A stretch of 64,000 nucleotides of DNA from Candidatus Nanohaloarchaea archaeon (GCA_041639695.1 JBEQBQ010000001.1:1-64000); one strand, 5' to 3'; positions 40,086 through 50,356 are shown, counted from the stretch's first letter. Program-made: numbers and translations. Notes: a model not told the origin generated them from the sequence alone.

Positions 40086-42347
40086 ATGGTAATGGCTGTA
40101 CAGGACAAGGACGTCTTTGATTACGAGTACGATGACGAGTCAGGAAAGATAGAGATAAACCTTCTAGGCTCGGTCTACGGTGCCTCTATCGAAGACTACC
40201 CCGAAGTAATGTCTAGGGTAATCAATATACTGCAAGAAGTGCCGGAAGCCAGTTCAGTAGTTCTCTCAGAATCAAGGGACTACGAATACGGCAAAGAACA
40301 GGTACAACTATTGAGAGAGATCTCAGATGCAATAAGAGACATTTCATCACAAGGATATCTTTCGCAGAGCGTTAGAACCGATAAGTGCGAATCACTTTAC
40401 TCAGAACAGTTGCCTGAAGTCCAGAGGATAGTTGTAGATCAGCTAAGAAAAGATCCTGTGGGTGCGTACGTACAGCTCAGAAGAAAGGAGAGACACTTGA
40501 AACAGCAGATGAACGATTCGTACCCTCAGAGACAGCGCTGCATCAAGTTCTTCATACAGGATGTCGTGAACCCGGTTAAAGACAGGCTGGAAGAGTGTCA
40601 GCTAATACAGGACGCGGTAAGAGAAGATTTTGTTACAGGTCACCACGTAGGGGATAGAGAGGTTTACAGGGAGTACTTCCACCCTCTTGTTAGGCCGAAC
40701 TTCATGCTTACAAAGTTCATGAGTCTACCTCCGGAGAGAGGTAAAGAGGTCGACCGCTACAAAGTAAAAGAAGATGTTGAGGTTTCGATCTACGAGGTAC
40801 CGGACCAGGTACAGCCGGTTTACCATGTTGACCCGCCTGAGTTCAGTCTGCCGGAGGAAAAATACCGTTTGCTGGATGCGGCAAGACGTTTCCTTGCTTC
40901 GCACCAGCCCGAGTCAGGAGAGTTCGCAAGACCGGAGAGAATGAGGGACGTATTCCAGAACATCGGAAGGGACATGATACGTGATATCTCCCAGCAGATG
41001 GACATACAGTTATCCGGCGAAGAAATGGAGGAAATGACCTCAATATTAAACCGTTACACTTCGGGTCTCGGCGTACTTGAACTATTGCTGGCTGATCCGA
41101 AGATTCAGGACGTTTTCATTAACTCTCCTATCGGCGACTCGCCTATCTACATCAAGCATCAGGACTACGAGGAATGTGAAACTAATCTAATACCTACAAA
41201 GGAGGAAGCAGAGTCCTGGGCAACAAGGTTCCGTATTAAGTCCGGAAGACCGTTAGACGAAGCTAATCCTGTACTGGATACTGAGGCTGAGGTGCCGGGA
41301 GGCCGTGCAAGGGTCGCAATTATACAGGAAAACCTTTCGCCCGAAGGACTCGCATTTGCTTTCAGAAGACACCGTTCAAAGGCATGGACGCTACCGCTAT
41401 TCATACACGAGAACTTCATCAACTCCCTAGGAGCAGCGCTCTTATCATTCATAGTTGATGGTAACCGGTCAGTACTGTTCGCAGGAACAAGAGGGGCAGG
41501 TAAGACCTCATTATTGTCGGCTTCGATGCTTGAACTTCTTAAAAAAGATAGGATAGTAACTGTAGAGGACACGTTGGAACTCCCAATCCGTCAGATGAAA
41601 GATCTAGGTTTCAACCTTGAATCTATGAAGTCTCGCTCCGTAATTACCCAGGTAGAGAACGAGTTAGCGGCTCAGGACGCTATCAGAACCTCTCTGCGTT
41701 TAGGTGACTCAGCGTTGGTTATTGGTGAGGTAAGGTCGGATGAGGCCAAGACTTTGTACGAGGCTATGCGTGTCGGTGCGGTCGCAAACTTTGTAGGTGG
41801 AACAATCCACGGCGAAGACGCCTACTCCGTATTTGACAGGGTTGTAAACGACCTGAATGTGCCGAAAACATCGTTCAAGGCTACAGACATTATTGTACAG
41901 GTTAACAAGATTCAGTCGCCTGACGGACTTGAAACATACAGAAGAGTTACAGGAATTACAGAGGTCAGGAAAGAGTGGACGGATGATCCTCAGGAGGAGG
42001 GTGCTTTCGTCGATCTTATGCGGTATGACTCGAATAAAGACGAGTTGGTGCCTACAGACACTTTGCTTAACGGAGAGTCGCTTATTCTAAACAGGATTGC
42101 GGAAAACATCAGGGAATGGAAGAATGACTGGGAAGCCGTATGGAACAACATCCAGTTAAGGAAGGATATTAAGGAGGAGATTGTAAGGAAGGCGGAAGAG
42201 GAAGGGGAAGAATACTTGGAAGCCGATTTCACTGTTAAGGCAAACCAGAGATTCCACATCTTATCCAATAAGGTAGGCGAAGAGTACGGAAGTCAGGACC
42301 CGGAAAGGATCTTCGCCCGCTGGAAGGAATGGCTTCAACAGCAGTAG
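40086..42347 (+). CDS. Type II/IV secretion-type ATPase (VirB11/ArlI/PilB/TadA family) with long N-terminal extension
   Basis: Walker A GTRGAGKT, Asp box VEDTLEL, Walker B LVIGEVR, His box GTIHG. Confidence 0.93.
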   Translation: MVMAVQDKDVFDYEYDDESGKIEINLLGSVYGASIEDYPEVMSRVINILQEVPEASSVVLSESRDYEYGKEQVQLLREISDAIRDISSQGYLSQSVRTDKCESLYSEQLPEVQRIVVDQLRKDPVGAYVQLRRKERHLKQQMNDSYPQRQRCIKFFIQDVVNPVKDRLEECQLIQDAVREDFVTGHHVGDREVYREYFHPLVRPNFMLTKFMSLPPERGKEVDRYKVKEDVEVSIYEVPDQVQPVYHVDPPEFSLPEEKYRLLDAARRFLASHQPESGEFARPERMRDVFQNIGRDMIRDISQQMDIQLSGEEMEEMTSILNRYTSGLGVLELLLADPKIQDVFINSPIGDSPIYIKHQDYEECETNLIPTKEEAESWATRFRIKSGRPLDEANPVLDTEAEVPGGRARVAIIQENLSPEGLAFAFRRHRSKAWTLPLFIHENFINSLGAALLSFIVDGNRSVLFAGTRGAGKTSLLSASMLELLKKDRIVTVEDTLELPIRQMKDLGFNLESMKSRSVITQVENELAAQDAIRTSLRLGDSALVIGEVRSDEAKTLYEAMRVGAVANFVGGTIHGEDAYSVFDRVVNDLNVPKTSFKATDIIVQVNKIQSPDGLETYRRVTGITEVRKEWTDDPQEEGAFVDLMRYDSNKDELVPTDTLLNGESLILNRIAENIREWKNDWEAVWNNIQLRKDIKEEIVRKAEEEGEEYLEADFTVKANQRFHILSNKVGEEYGSQDPERIFARWKEWLQQQ

Positions 42348-42420
42348 GTGATAGGAGATCGAAGACGAGGAACAAGAAAGGATTGAAGAGATCGTAAACG
42401 ATCTTGACCGCGATTTAGAG

Positions 42421-44496
42421 ATGCCTCCTTACGATGAAGGCTCCAGAAAAGGATACTCCAGAGAGTACAAGAACTACAAGGAGGATGAAGAGGTTGAAAG
42501 GTCGAAGACACGTTATGAGAAGCTCTGCATTACGATGGCCTCCTACCTTAATTTAAAGGCAGAGGAGGATGCGCAGCAGAAACTTTCGCCGCCTTTAAGA
42601 CTACTGGGCTGGGATATAACCCCGGGCATGGTTCTTTCTGCCTCTGTAGGTGTAGGCTTAACTTCTTTCGCTGCTTGGTTCATGCTTTTCGCCGTAAACA
42701 TGGCTTTAGGTAATATTATTCCGCTCTCTATGATGATTATCTCCGCAGTAGTGCCTATCGGCGCCGGAGTATACACATTTTACAAGCCGATCTACGCAGC
42801 AAAGAACAAGGTTATACAGTCTTCGGGGGAAATGATTCTGTCCATACTCTACATGGTTATCTACATGCGTTCATCCCCTAACATCGAGGGCGCTATACGT
42901 TTCGCTGCCTTGAATCTTGAAGGACCTATTTCAAAAGACTTGAAAGGTGTTTTATGGGATGTAGAGGTAGGGAATTATGCTCGTATCGATCAAGCTCTTG
43001 AAGAATATACCAGAGCCTGGAAAAACTATAACGACGACTACCTCGAGTCTTTACAGCTTTTGAGAGCTGCAACCAACGAACCTAACAAGGATAGAAGAGA
43101 AAAACTTTTGCAGGACTCTATTGACCGTATTCTGGATGGAACTCAGGAGAAGATGAAGCACTACGCACAAGGGCTGAAGACTCCGGTCATGATCCTGAAC
43201 GCTATGGGCGCTATGCTTCCGGTGCTTGGCATGATCATGCTACCACTTATCTCGGTTTTCATGGGCGGTGCGATCACAGAAATGCACCTATTCCTATTGT
43301 TTAACGTCATGCTGCCTTCGTTCCTCTACTGGTTCATGCAAAAAGTACTGAGTTCCAGGCCTCCTACTGTTAGTTCGCAGCCTACAAGCAAGAACGAATT
43401 GCCGGAAAGAGGAAAGTACCAGTTCGAATTAATGGGTAAACAGATGAAGATTTCTACATGGCCGATAGGGCTTTTAATCTTCCTAACGGTCGGAATGTTC
43501 GGTTTCATAGGTTATTTGATCTTCCCGCACGTTTACCCGATAACAAACGAACTGGAGTATATTCCCGGTCTTTTCTCTACTGCGGCGGGAGAACCTAGCT
43601 CGCTTATGATGCTGATGAGAAGTGTTTCAATAACTTTAGGCTTGGGTCTGGGTATAGGCGTTTCGAAGATTTTAGGTAACAAGGCCAGGAAGCAGGCGGA
43701 AGAACACCTGGAGAAGATTGAAGGCCAGTTCCCTACAGCCTTGTTCCAGCTAGGAAATAAGATTTCGGGTGGCACACCTGCCGAACTTGCGTTGGAGCAA
43801 GCTGCGGAGTCGACCTCGGATCTCGAGATTTCAGGGCTTTTCCAGTACGCTTCAAGAAACGTGAGGGACATGGGCATGACGTTCGAGGAGTCTCTGTTCG
43901 ACGAAAAGTACGGTGCTTTGAGGAAGTACCCTTCGAAGATGATCAACACGGTTATGAGGGCGATACTTGAGTCCTCGGAGAAAGGTACGAAGATGGCATC
44001 TATGGCGATGATGACAATCTCCCGTTACCTAGACAACATCCACAAGACCCAGGAAGATCTCAACGACCTGATGGAGGAGACTACTACAACAATCCAGATG
44101 CTTGCATATCTTTTGGCGCCGATAGTTTCCGGTGTAGCAGTAGGGATGTCTCAGACGATCATCAGCGCTATGTATAAGCTAAGCCAATCGTTTACACAGG
44201 CTCAGCAAAGCCTTCCCGACTCTGCAGGAGGCGGTACGGGAACAAGCTTTGGAGGTCTAATCAGTAACCTTGATACGGCTATTTCGCCCGAAATATTGCA
44301 GTTCGTTGTCGGTATCTACCTGATCCAGCTGTTGTTCATTCTTTCTACATTCTACATGAAGATTGAGCACGGAGAGAACATGACGTACAGAAATATGTTT
44401 ATCGGAAAGGTTCTTATTGTCGGAATGATATTCTATAGTGTAACCCTAGTGATTATCTCACTGTTATTCGGAGGAATCGTGGCAAATGTCGCGTAA
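42421..44496 (+). CDS. Type IV filament platform membrane protein (TadC/ArlJ/PilC-like, two T2SSF-like halves)
   Basis: Follows ATPase; two cytoplasmic domain + TM units (IEGAIRF; FPTALFQLG...GTP.E.AL). Confidence 0.85.
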   Translation: MPPYDEGSRKGYSREYKNYKEDEEVERSKTRYEKLCITMASYLNLKAEEDAQQKLSPPLRLLGWDITPGMVLSASVGVGLTSFAAWFMLFAVNMALGNIIPLSMMIISAVVPIGAGVYTFYKPIYAAKNKVIQSSGEMILSILYMVIYMRSSPNIEGAIRFAALNLEGPISKDLKGVLWDVEVGNYARIDQALEEYTRAWKNYNDDYLESLQLLRAATNEPNKDRREKLLQDSIDRILDGTQEKMKHYAQGLKTPVMILNAMGAMLPVLGMIMLPLISVFMGGAITEMHLFLLFNVMLPSFLYWFMQKVLSSRPPTVSSQPTSKNELPERGKYQFELMGKQMKISTWPIGLLIFLTVGMFGFIGYLIFPHVYPITNELEYIPGLFSTAAGEPSSLMMLMRSVSITLGLGLGIGVSKILGNKARKQAEEHLEKIEGQFPTALFQLGNKISGGTPAELALEQAAESTSDLEISGLFQYASRNVRDMGMTFEESLFDEKYGALRKYPSKMINTVMRAILESSEKGTKMASMAMMTISRYLDNIHKTQEDLNDLMEETTTTIQMLAYLLAPIVSGVAVGMSQTIISAMYKLSQSFTQAQQSLPDSAGGGTGTSFGGLISNLDTAISPEILQFVVGIYLIQLLFILSTFYMKIEHGENMTYRNMFIGKVLIVGMIFYSVTLVIISLLFGGIVANVA

Positions 44497-44590
44497 AGGA
44501 AACGTAGAAACAGTAGCGATGGTAGGAATATTCCTCGCAATAATAACCATGGCGTTCCTTGCGGTCTGGTTGGAGATGATCCCTGTATGA
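44486..44590 (+). CDS. 34-aa pilin-like microprotein with class III signal (absent from ORF track)
   Basis: MSRKG/NVETVAMVGIFLAIITMAFLAVWLEMIPV; overlaps both neighbours. Confidence 0.7.
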   Translation: MSRKGNVETVAMVGIFLAIITMAFLAVWLEMIPV

Positions 44591-44766
44591 AGAAAGGAAT
44601 GAACTTTGACATGGTTCTCTGGATATTCGTAGCTATTTTTCTCCTACTTGTCTTGGCTCCGGCCTCACTAACATTAGTTAATAACGCTCAAAATGCAGTT
44701 GAGGGGTGCTCGATGTGGGCATCAGTCCTCTCCGACATAACAGGAGGTCTCGTACAGTTCTGCTGA
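44587..44766 (+). CDS. 59-aa pilin-like protein with class III signal (absent from ORF track)
   Basis: MKKG/MNFDMVLWIFVAIFLLLVL...C...C; ATGA overlap. Confidence 0.75.
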   Translation: MKKGMNFDMVLWIFVAIFLLLVLAPASLTLVNNAQNAVEGCSMWASVLSDITGGLVQFC

Positions 44767-44775
44767 GGTAAAAAG

Positions 44776-46758
44776 ATGATAAACACAATATTCAAGATCG
44801 CGGTCATGGTGATAATCGGATCAGCCTTCATAGCTGTCCTAAACAGCATAAAGGTTAATTCGTTCGATCCCGCAACTCAGAACGCCTCAGGTACCATAGA
44901 AGACTTCGGAAGAGACAAGTTCGTCCAGATCGGTTTTGATGAGACTAAGAATGATGGAGAAGGGGGTATCAGTGAAGATCCTGATTTCTCGAGAAGGCAG
45001 TTCGAAGGACTTTTGGTATGGAATATGCTAGCGGCAAGCGATTGCCTTTTATTACATATAATAGAAGGAAGTTCGTCCGGGAGCGAACATGAGGTCGTTA
45101 CTAAACCCCTTAAGGAACTTAGAAAGACGAGTAATGTTAGAGGTTATACGGATGATTTTAATGGCTGGTCTGCGCTGAAAAAGGCCGACTTTGACATGAA
45201 ATGCGCTCAAGCTGGCAGCATAGGCTTTGAAATCGGCCAGAAACTGCCTTCGATCCCATCTCTTACTGAAAAGAGGGCAAGGCAACCAGGAAACGACATG
45301 GAAGGTAACTTTGGTAAAACTTATTTCAACATCAGCAGAACGTTCGGAATCGACAGTTTAGGTGATGATGACATACTTCTAGGTCTTAAAACTAAATACG
45401 AGAGAGATAGCCTCGCCCAGATACCTGATTTCTGGTCGGCGACAAGAGCATCAGTTCTTCTACCTCCGGGCCTAGACCCGAAAAATAAGGTTTCAGGGCA
45501 ATTGAGCAATCATATGAAAGTTGTTAAGAAAGGTCCTCATAAGGAGGGCAAAAGAGCTGCCTTCGGAAGCCTGTTTAACAACTTTGACTATACCAGCGAT
45601 CCGCCCGCTCACAAGTTCTCAGCGTGGAGGCCGAATGTAAAGGGCGGCACGTGGGTCTTCGAGAACGGTGGGGGAACCCCACATGAGCTAGAAGATAATA
45701 TCGATAATGGAGGAGATCTTTTGAGAAACTCGTTGAAAAATGGAAAATGGTACTTCTGTATGGGAACGGAGGGATACGTTATTTCGAAGGCCCAGAGCTT
45801 CAGCAACCTTGGAGAGGCTTCAAAAAAGAGTCCGCCTAAAGAGGACAGCGTCTTTCCAAGTATAAACATAGATGATCTAGGCGTGGGAGAGACGTGTCAA
45901 CCTGGCGGCCCAGAAGGATTCATCAACCCTGTAAATAATGATTATGATGCCGAACACACGGTGAATGGAGAAACATTCAGCTGTAGCCGTTTTGACGCTG
46001 CCAACAAGACCATAATAAGGAAAGACGATGTTAGAACAGAGCTAGGTTATAATGATCAGGGAGAGATGAAGTATCTTACTTACGGTTGTGGGCTAGATCC
46101 GCATACATTTGATTTCAGTAATGGCGACCATAATTGGGGGGGAGATAACCAACAGCAAGATACAAACCAGTACCAATACCAGGGTGAGGAGAGTCACAGC
46201 GAACATGCGCAGCATTTCGATGGCGACATGGATTATTACACTCCGCGCGTCTACGATAACTGTCCTGCAGGAACTGAGAACTACAACATACTTGGACTAA
46301 AAGAAAACATCGAAAACGGTGAAAGAAAGGCTCTTTCATCTTTAGGAGGCTCAGTGAACTTTAATACAGATCAGTTTAAGAATGTCAAAGGGGTTGAAAT
46401 CGTCTACGAAAAGAGCGGTGGCGCCAATCTGGAAGTCGATCTAGGCGGACAAACTATTTCGGTTAACTCTGGTAATTCAGACTCAGAGCCTCAGATAGAT
46501 GTAGGTTCTACCTCCGCATCAAACTTGGACAGCTACGAGTCGGGCGCTTATAAGCTTGAGTTAAGTTCTATTGAGCCTATTGCAGATGATGGTACAAATT
46601 CCGTGGCTTTGAGAGCTGAGGCGGGGGACGGACAGACCTTGGGTGGTAACGGTGCTGAATATCATAAGGTGGATTCCTTCGATATAAGCAAACAGGATTC
46701 CGGGGAAATCGTTCTAAGGGAGGTGAGTGTCGATGCAAAGCCAGCAGGATGCTCTTAA
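44776..46758 (+). CDS. Large membrane-anchored Cys-containing extracellular protein (candidate minor pilin/adhesin)
   Basis: Single N-terminal hydrophobic helix; GAGGT SD; within pilin array. Confidence 0.8.
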   Translation: MINTIFKIAVMVIIGSAFIAVLNSIKVNSFDPATQNASGTIEDFGRDKFVQIGFDETKNDGEGGISEDPDFSRRQFEGLLVWNMLAASDCLLLHIIEGSSSGSEHEVVTKPLKELRKTSNVRGYTDDFNGWSALKKADFDMKCAQAGSIGFEIGQKLPSIPSLTEKRARQPGNDMEGNFGKTYFNISRTFGIDSLGDDDILLGLKTKYERDSLAQIPDFWSATRASVLLPPGLDPKNKVSGQLSNHMKVVKKGPHKEGKRAAFGSLFNNFDYTSDPPAHKFSAWRPNVKGGTWVFENGGGTPHELEDNIDNGGDLLRNSLKNGKWYFCMGTEGYVISKAQSFSNLGEASKKSPPKEDSVFPSINIDDLGVGETCQPGGPEGFINPVNNDYDAEHTVNGETFSCSRFDAANKTIIRKDDVRTELGYNDQGEMKYLTYGCGLDPHTFDFSNGDHNWGGDNQQQDTNQYQYQGEESHSEHAQHFDGDMDYYTPRVYDNCPAGTENYNILGLKENIENGERKALSSLGGSVNFNTDQFKNVKGVEIVYEKSGGANLEVDLGGQTISVNSGNSDSEPQIDVGSTSASNLDSYESGAYKLELSSIEPIADDGTNSVALRAEAGDGQTLGGNGAEYHKVDSFDISKQDSGEIVLREVSVDAKPAGCS

Positions 46759-46915
46759 AGGACTTGAGGCTATCGATACGACCACTAAAATCGCTTTAGC
46801 TATCATAATAATGGTTGCGCTTGTGGTTGCGATAACAGGTCTTTTGGATCAAGGTCTCTCTGATTTCCTTACTGTTGCTTCGACCGGAGATGGAGGCGTT
46901 TTACCAGAGTTTTAG
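46727..46915 (+). CDS. Small pilin-like protein
   Basis: LKG/LEAID..KIALAIIIMVALVVAI. Confidence 0.65.
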   Translation: MSMQSQQDALKGLEAIDTTTKIALAIIIMVALVVAITGLLDQGLSDFLTVASTGDGGVLPEF

Positions 46916-46951
46916 TAAGCTATAAATTCGGTTAAAGGAAGTGAAGCTTGT

Positions 46952-47074
46952 ATGGAGGTATCCCTCAAAATCGTAATGTCGGTCGTTGCAGGTATATCAG
47001 TAATTCTCGTTCTGGCACTTATTGTAAATAGTCAGGCCAACGGCGCACTAAACTTCCTGGAGGGTATGCTATAA
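46952..47074 (+). CDS. 40-aa pilin-like microprotein (absent from ORF track)
   Basis: MEVSLKIVMSVVAGISVILVLALIVNSQANGALNFLEGML; TAATG overlap with next gene. Confidence 0.7.
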   Translation: MEVSLKIVMSVVAGISVILVLALIVNSQANGALNFLEGML

Positions 47075-47304
47075 TGAATATGTCAGTGCATGCCGTGGTG
47101 GCTATTGCAATCGCTGTTCTGATGATGGTAGCTATCTATGGTCTCGCAACCGGAGGTTTATCCGAGATAGAGGCAGCAATAACCGGGGATGAAAGTGGAA
47201 ATATTCAAGATGAGGTTCAACAGCCTGACGGTGATACCTGGAGCAGTCCGGACGAAATCAGTAAGAGGTTTAATAGCGAAAAAATGGTGATTCAGAATGG
47301 CTAA
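47074..47304 (+). CDS. Small pilin-like protein
   Basis: N-terminal hydrophobic helix, acidic tail. Confidence 0.7.
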   Translation: MNMSVHAVVAIAIAVLMMVAIYGLATGGLSEIEAAITGDESGNIQDEVQQPDGDTWSSPDEISKRFNSEKMVIQNG

Positions 47305-47455
47305 AATGTCGCCCACAATACTTGTAACAGCTATACTTGGAGCTATAATGCTTGGAGCAGTTTTGGTCGTTGCAAGCAGCCAGTTAAACAATTTAGTGGG
47401 GGGTATAGGTTCAGTTTCGCTAGCGGGCTTAAAGTTAAGGGGGTTTAAAAAGTGA
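47297..47455 (+). CDS. 52-aa pilin-like microprotein (absent from ORF track)
   Basis: MAKMSPTILVTAILGAIMLGAVLVVASSQLNNLVGG...; GGTGA SD; GTGA overlap with next gene. Confidence 0.7.
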   Translation: MAKMSPTILVTAILGAIMLGAVLVVASSQLNNLVGGIGSVSLAGLKLRGFKK

Positions 47456-47865
47456 GAAGGAAAGGTTCTTCCGAAACAATTGCTCTGGCGATTGTAGGAA
47501 TCGTTATCTTTGGGCTAATGGCTGTTATCGGAATAAACAGGATGACGGATCTGGAGGATCGTATAAGAGTGAGGACTGTCGATATTCCTGCCGATAGGAT
47601 GGGGCCGACCATGGATATGGCAAGTGCGTTGGAACAAGCTGAGATAGAGCTGAAATTCGATGTCGAGTACGGTATAATGAGGAAGAACGGTGAGGTTCAC
47701 CTCAACTACACTCATGATACCCTGATTAACTGGCCAGGATCTGATAAGAACAGTCATCCCATAGAACCTGAGTCAGGCTTTGAAGGCGTAACTGAGGGAA
47801 TATCGGATAGGATATGTATACGCAAAAACTCGGCAGGCGTTTCGATAGCCGCAGAGGAGTGCTAG
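47452..47865 (+). CDS. Pilin-like protein with class III signal
   Basis: MRRKG/SSETIALAIVGIVIFGLM. Confidence 0.8.
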   Translation: MRRKGSSETIALAIVGIVIFGLMAVIGINRMTDLEDRIRVRTVDIPADRMGPTMDMASALEQAEIELKFDVEYGIMRKNGEVHLNYTHDTLINWPGSDKNSHPIEPESGFEGVTEGISDRICIRKNSAGVSIAAEEC

Positions 47866-47866
47866 A

Positions 47867-48280
47867 ATGGATATAGAGCACTTTGAGATGATAGGGGGCA
47901 TGATACTTTTCACCGCGGTACTTATCTTGGCTATACAGTTTCAAGTGTCCCTAATGGAAGGTCTATCAGATGTTTCAGGTGCTTGGGTTACTGGTGAAGG
48001 CTTTAAGGCCGCAGCCTCATTCCATATTGCGAGCCAGCATGAAAGATTGGGCGAAGTACGGAGAGACCAGATTAACTCTATGGGAAGCACTGTATCTGTC
48101 GGATGTGCCGCCAATTTTCCCGGTCTCAGAAACGAAGACTCTTTTCGGTACAAATGGGAACAATATAATATATGCGGCGACTTAAATCCGAAAGTAGTTC
48201 GTTTAGACATCCCTCTTAGAATAACAAAGACTAATGGTGGTTCAAACATACGAATAATTCAGATAGGAGGTGGATCATAG
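47867..48280 (+). CDS. Pilin-like protein
   Basis: N-terminal hydrophobic helix, Cys pair. Confidence 0.7.
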   Translation: MDIEHFEMIGGMILFTAVLILAIQFQVSLMEGLSDVSGAWVTGEGFKAAASFHIASQHERLGEVRRDQINSMGSTVSVGCAANFPGLRNEDSFRYKWEQYNICGDLNPKVVRLDIPLRITKTNGGSNIRIIQIGGGS

Positions 48281-48931
48281 TTGAAAGGAGCTTTTGACTC
48301 GGCTGCAACTATAATACTTGTAGTTGTTTCCGTATTGATGATTGTGATGACGTTATCTATAGTGACGTTGATGTACTCTCAGGGCGGAGAGCTTAAAGCT
48401 GATTCGAGCATGCAGGCCATAGTCGAGGACTACAAGGAGGGATATCAGGCACATATGACTATGGCCGCTCTAACCAGTAAATTCGATTTTCGGAACGCGA
48501 CAGGTTATTACTTTGCCAACGGAGAGAACAAGTTGAAAAACAACGTGATAATGCCAGAGGGACGGAGGATAATACTTCGACAAAGCAGTATACATCTTTT
48601 TACTGTAGGAGATGAGACTTTACTCCGGTCAGGGGGAACAATTACGGTCCCTGAGGATCCTACAGGACCTGCTGAATGTCCTGGCCGACTGAACTATGTA
48701 CAGTTAGACATGGAACTTGACCTTGGACTTTCAGGATGCACGGTGCCTGAAAACGATGACGGGAGCTGTCCTCCGCAGGCAGAGAGAGGAACATTCAATA
48801 ACAATATTTACTGTGTTATTGCTGGAGAATATAGCTTGGATGCTTCTTCAGCTGCGCATTCGAACATGTACATCGCGTCACCGAGTCCAAACCTTGCGAA
48901 ACTAAGTGTGGGAGTAGGTGTCCAGAATTAA
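48281..48931 (+). CDS. Pilin-like protein with class III signal
   Basis: MKG/AFDSAATIILVVVSVLMIVM; four Cys. Confidence 0.75.
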   Translation: MKGAFDSAATIILVVVSVLMIVMTLSIVTLMYSQGGELKADSSMQAIVEDYKEGYQAHMTMAALTSKFDFRNATGYYFANGENKLKNNVIMPEGRRIILRQSSIHLFTVGDETLLRSGGTITVPEDPTGPAECPGRLNYVQLDMELDLGLSGCTVPENDDGSCPPQAERGTFNNNIYCVIAGEYSLDASSAAHSNMYIASPSPNLAKLSVGVGVQN

Positions 48932-49925
48932 AGGACAGTTCACAAGTCTGGTAGGTCTCGGATTATTCCTTTTCATAGCCTCGGGCAACATATTCGGAGC
49001 GTTAGCCATAGACATGGAGACGGAGACGCTTATCGAGCAGAACGCCGGAGATTATTCTAAAGTAGCTGAAACCGAACTGAAGAAAGATAACTACCTGGAC
49101 AGAATGCCACGTGAGTTAAACTTTACCTCGAATAATGCTGCCTTGGCGCTTGGTGTGGATGCGGGCATAGAGGGCAACGGCCTGATGTGGAGTTCTATAC
49201 CTGACAAGCAGGAGCTTCGAGAGAACTACTATCTAAACCTGAGCGAACGCTTGGAGACACAGGGACAGGTGTTCGGCTGCCAGAGCCCTGGCGTGAAATC
49301 GCCTAGAACTGAAAACCTTGGTAAGCCCGACAATATTGATAACGCGGTAAACACCGATATCCAGTGGAATCTATCGAATCCCTACATAGTTTGCTCGACG
49401 GGATCCGTTGAAGTCAACATCAGCGTTGGAAGAGACAGTTTCCACGTTAACAACACCAACAATCGTTACGTCAATCTTTCAGAGACTGCTGTGGATGTTG
49501 CACACGAGGTTGACAGGATTATAGACGACACCTCATGGCCTAGAGCAAGTAGCGATACAGAAGGGTGTAATTTGGATGAAGATGATGAGGAGTCAGTTCT
49601 AGAGTCGGCTATCTGGCAAGCAAAGACAAGAACTAACATAGGGGGAAGTGCATATAGTAACGTTCAAAAACCAAATTATCAGGCTCTAGATGACAGTGAA
49701 ATGTATTTTGAACTGTATACGAATGTCGATCATTATCAGGCTGCGCCAGATAGGTGCGGAAATAATGGAAATCAACCAGAGGAGGGTATCGAGGCGGAAG
49801 CAGAGGTAACACATATCTACACTAACGTCAACATTTCTGACAGTCAGAGAACTGTTTCTGGGCCTGATGGAAGTTGGGACAACAACATTAAGTTTGGGTT
49901 CAACTATTCGAAGTCGGTAAACTGA
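48918..49925 (+). CDS. Large pilin-like protein with class III signal
   Basis: MSRIKG/QFTSLVGLGLFLFIA. Confidence 0.78.
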   Translation: MSRIKGQFTSLVGLGLFLFIASGNIFGALAIDMETETLIEQNAGDYSKVAETELKKDNYLDRMPRELNFTSNNAALALGVDAGIEGNGLMWSSIPDKQELRENYYLNLSERLETQGQVFGCQSPGVKSPRTENLGKPDNIDNAVNTDIQWNLSNPYIVCSTGSVEVNISVGRDSFHVNNTNNRYVNLSETAVDVAHEVDRIIDDTSWPRASSDTEGCNLDEDDEESVLESAIWQAKTRTNIGGSAYSNVQKPNYQALDDSEMYFELYTNVDHYQAAPDRCGNNGNQPEEGIEAEAEVTHIYTNVNISDSQRTVSGPDGSWDNNIKFGFNYSKSVN

Positions 49926-49977
49926 TTAAGTATTTATGAGTCCGCGGCTAAAAATGGGTATAACAGGTGAACTAACA

Positions 49978-50262
49978 GTGGCAGAAGAAGATGACAACAC
50001 AGTATACGTCGGTTCGAAACCTGCAATGAGCTACGTCCTGGCTGTAGTAACTCAATTCAGCGAAGGACATGAAACAGTTCATGTCAAGGCCAGAGGAAAA
50101 GCAATTTCCAGAGCGGTAGACGTAGCTGAAATGGTTCAAAGCAAGTTCGAAGAGGAAGCGGATGTCGACGATATAGCTATTGACACCGACCAGATCGAGA
50201 CAGACGAGGGCGACGAACTTAACGTATCTTCGATCCAGATCGATCTATCGAAGCCTGAGTGA
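49978..50262 (+). CDS. albA: DNA/RNA-binding protein Alba
   Basis: [34 protein letters not shown]; GTG after AGGTGA. Confidence 0.95.
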   Translation: MAEEDDNTVYVGSKPAMSYVLAVVTQFSEGHETVHVKARGKAISRAVDVAEMVQSKFEEEADVDDIAIDTDQIETDEGDELNVSSIQIDLSKPE

Positions 50263-50356
50263 AGCCCTCAGTGGCGTGAACCAGCACCTTATCCACTCTT
50301 TTTTCTGACAAGTTTCTCCGGACATTTTTTATACAGGTAAAGATATAGTTTCGACT

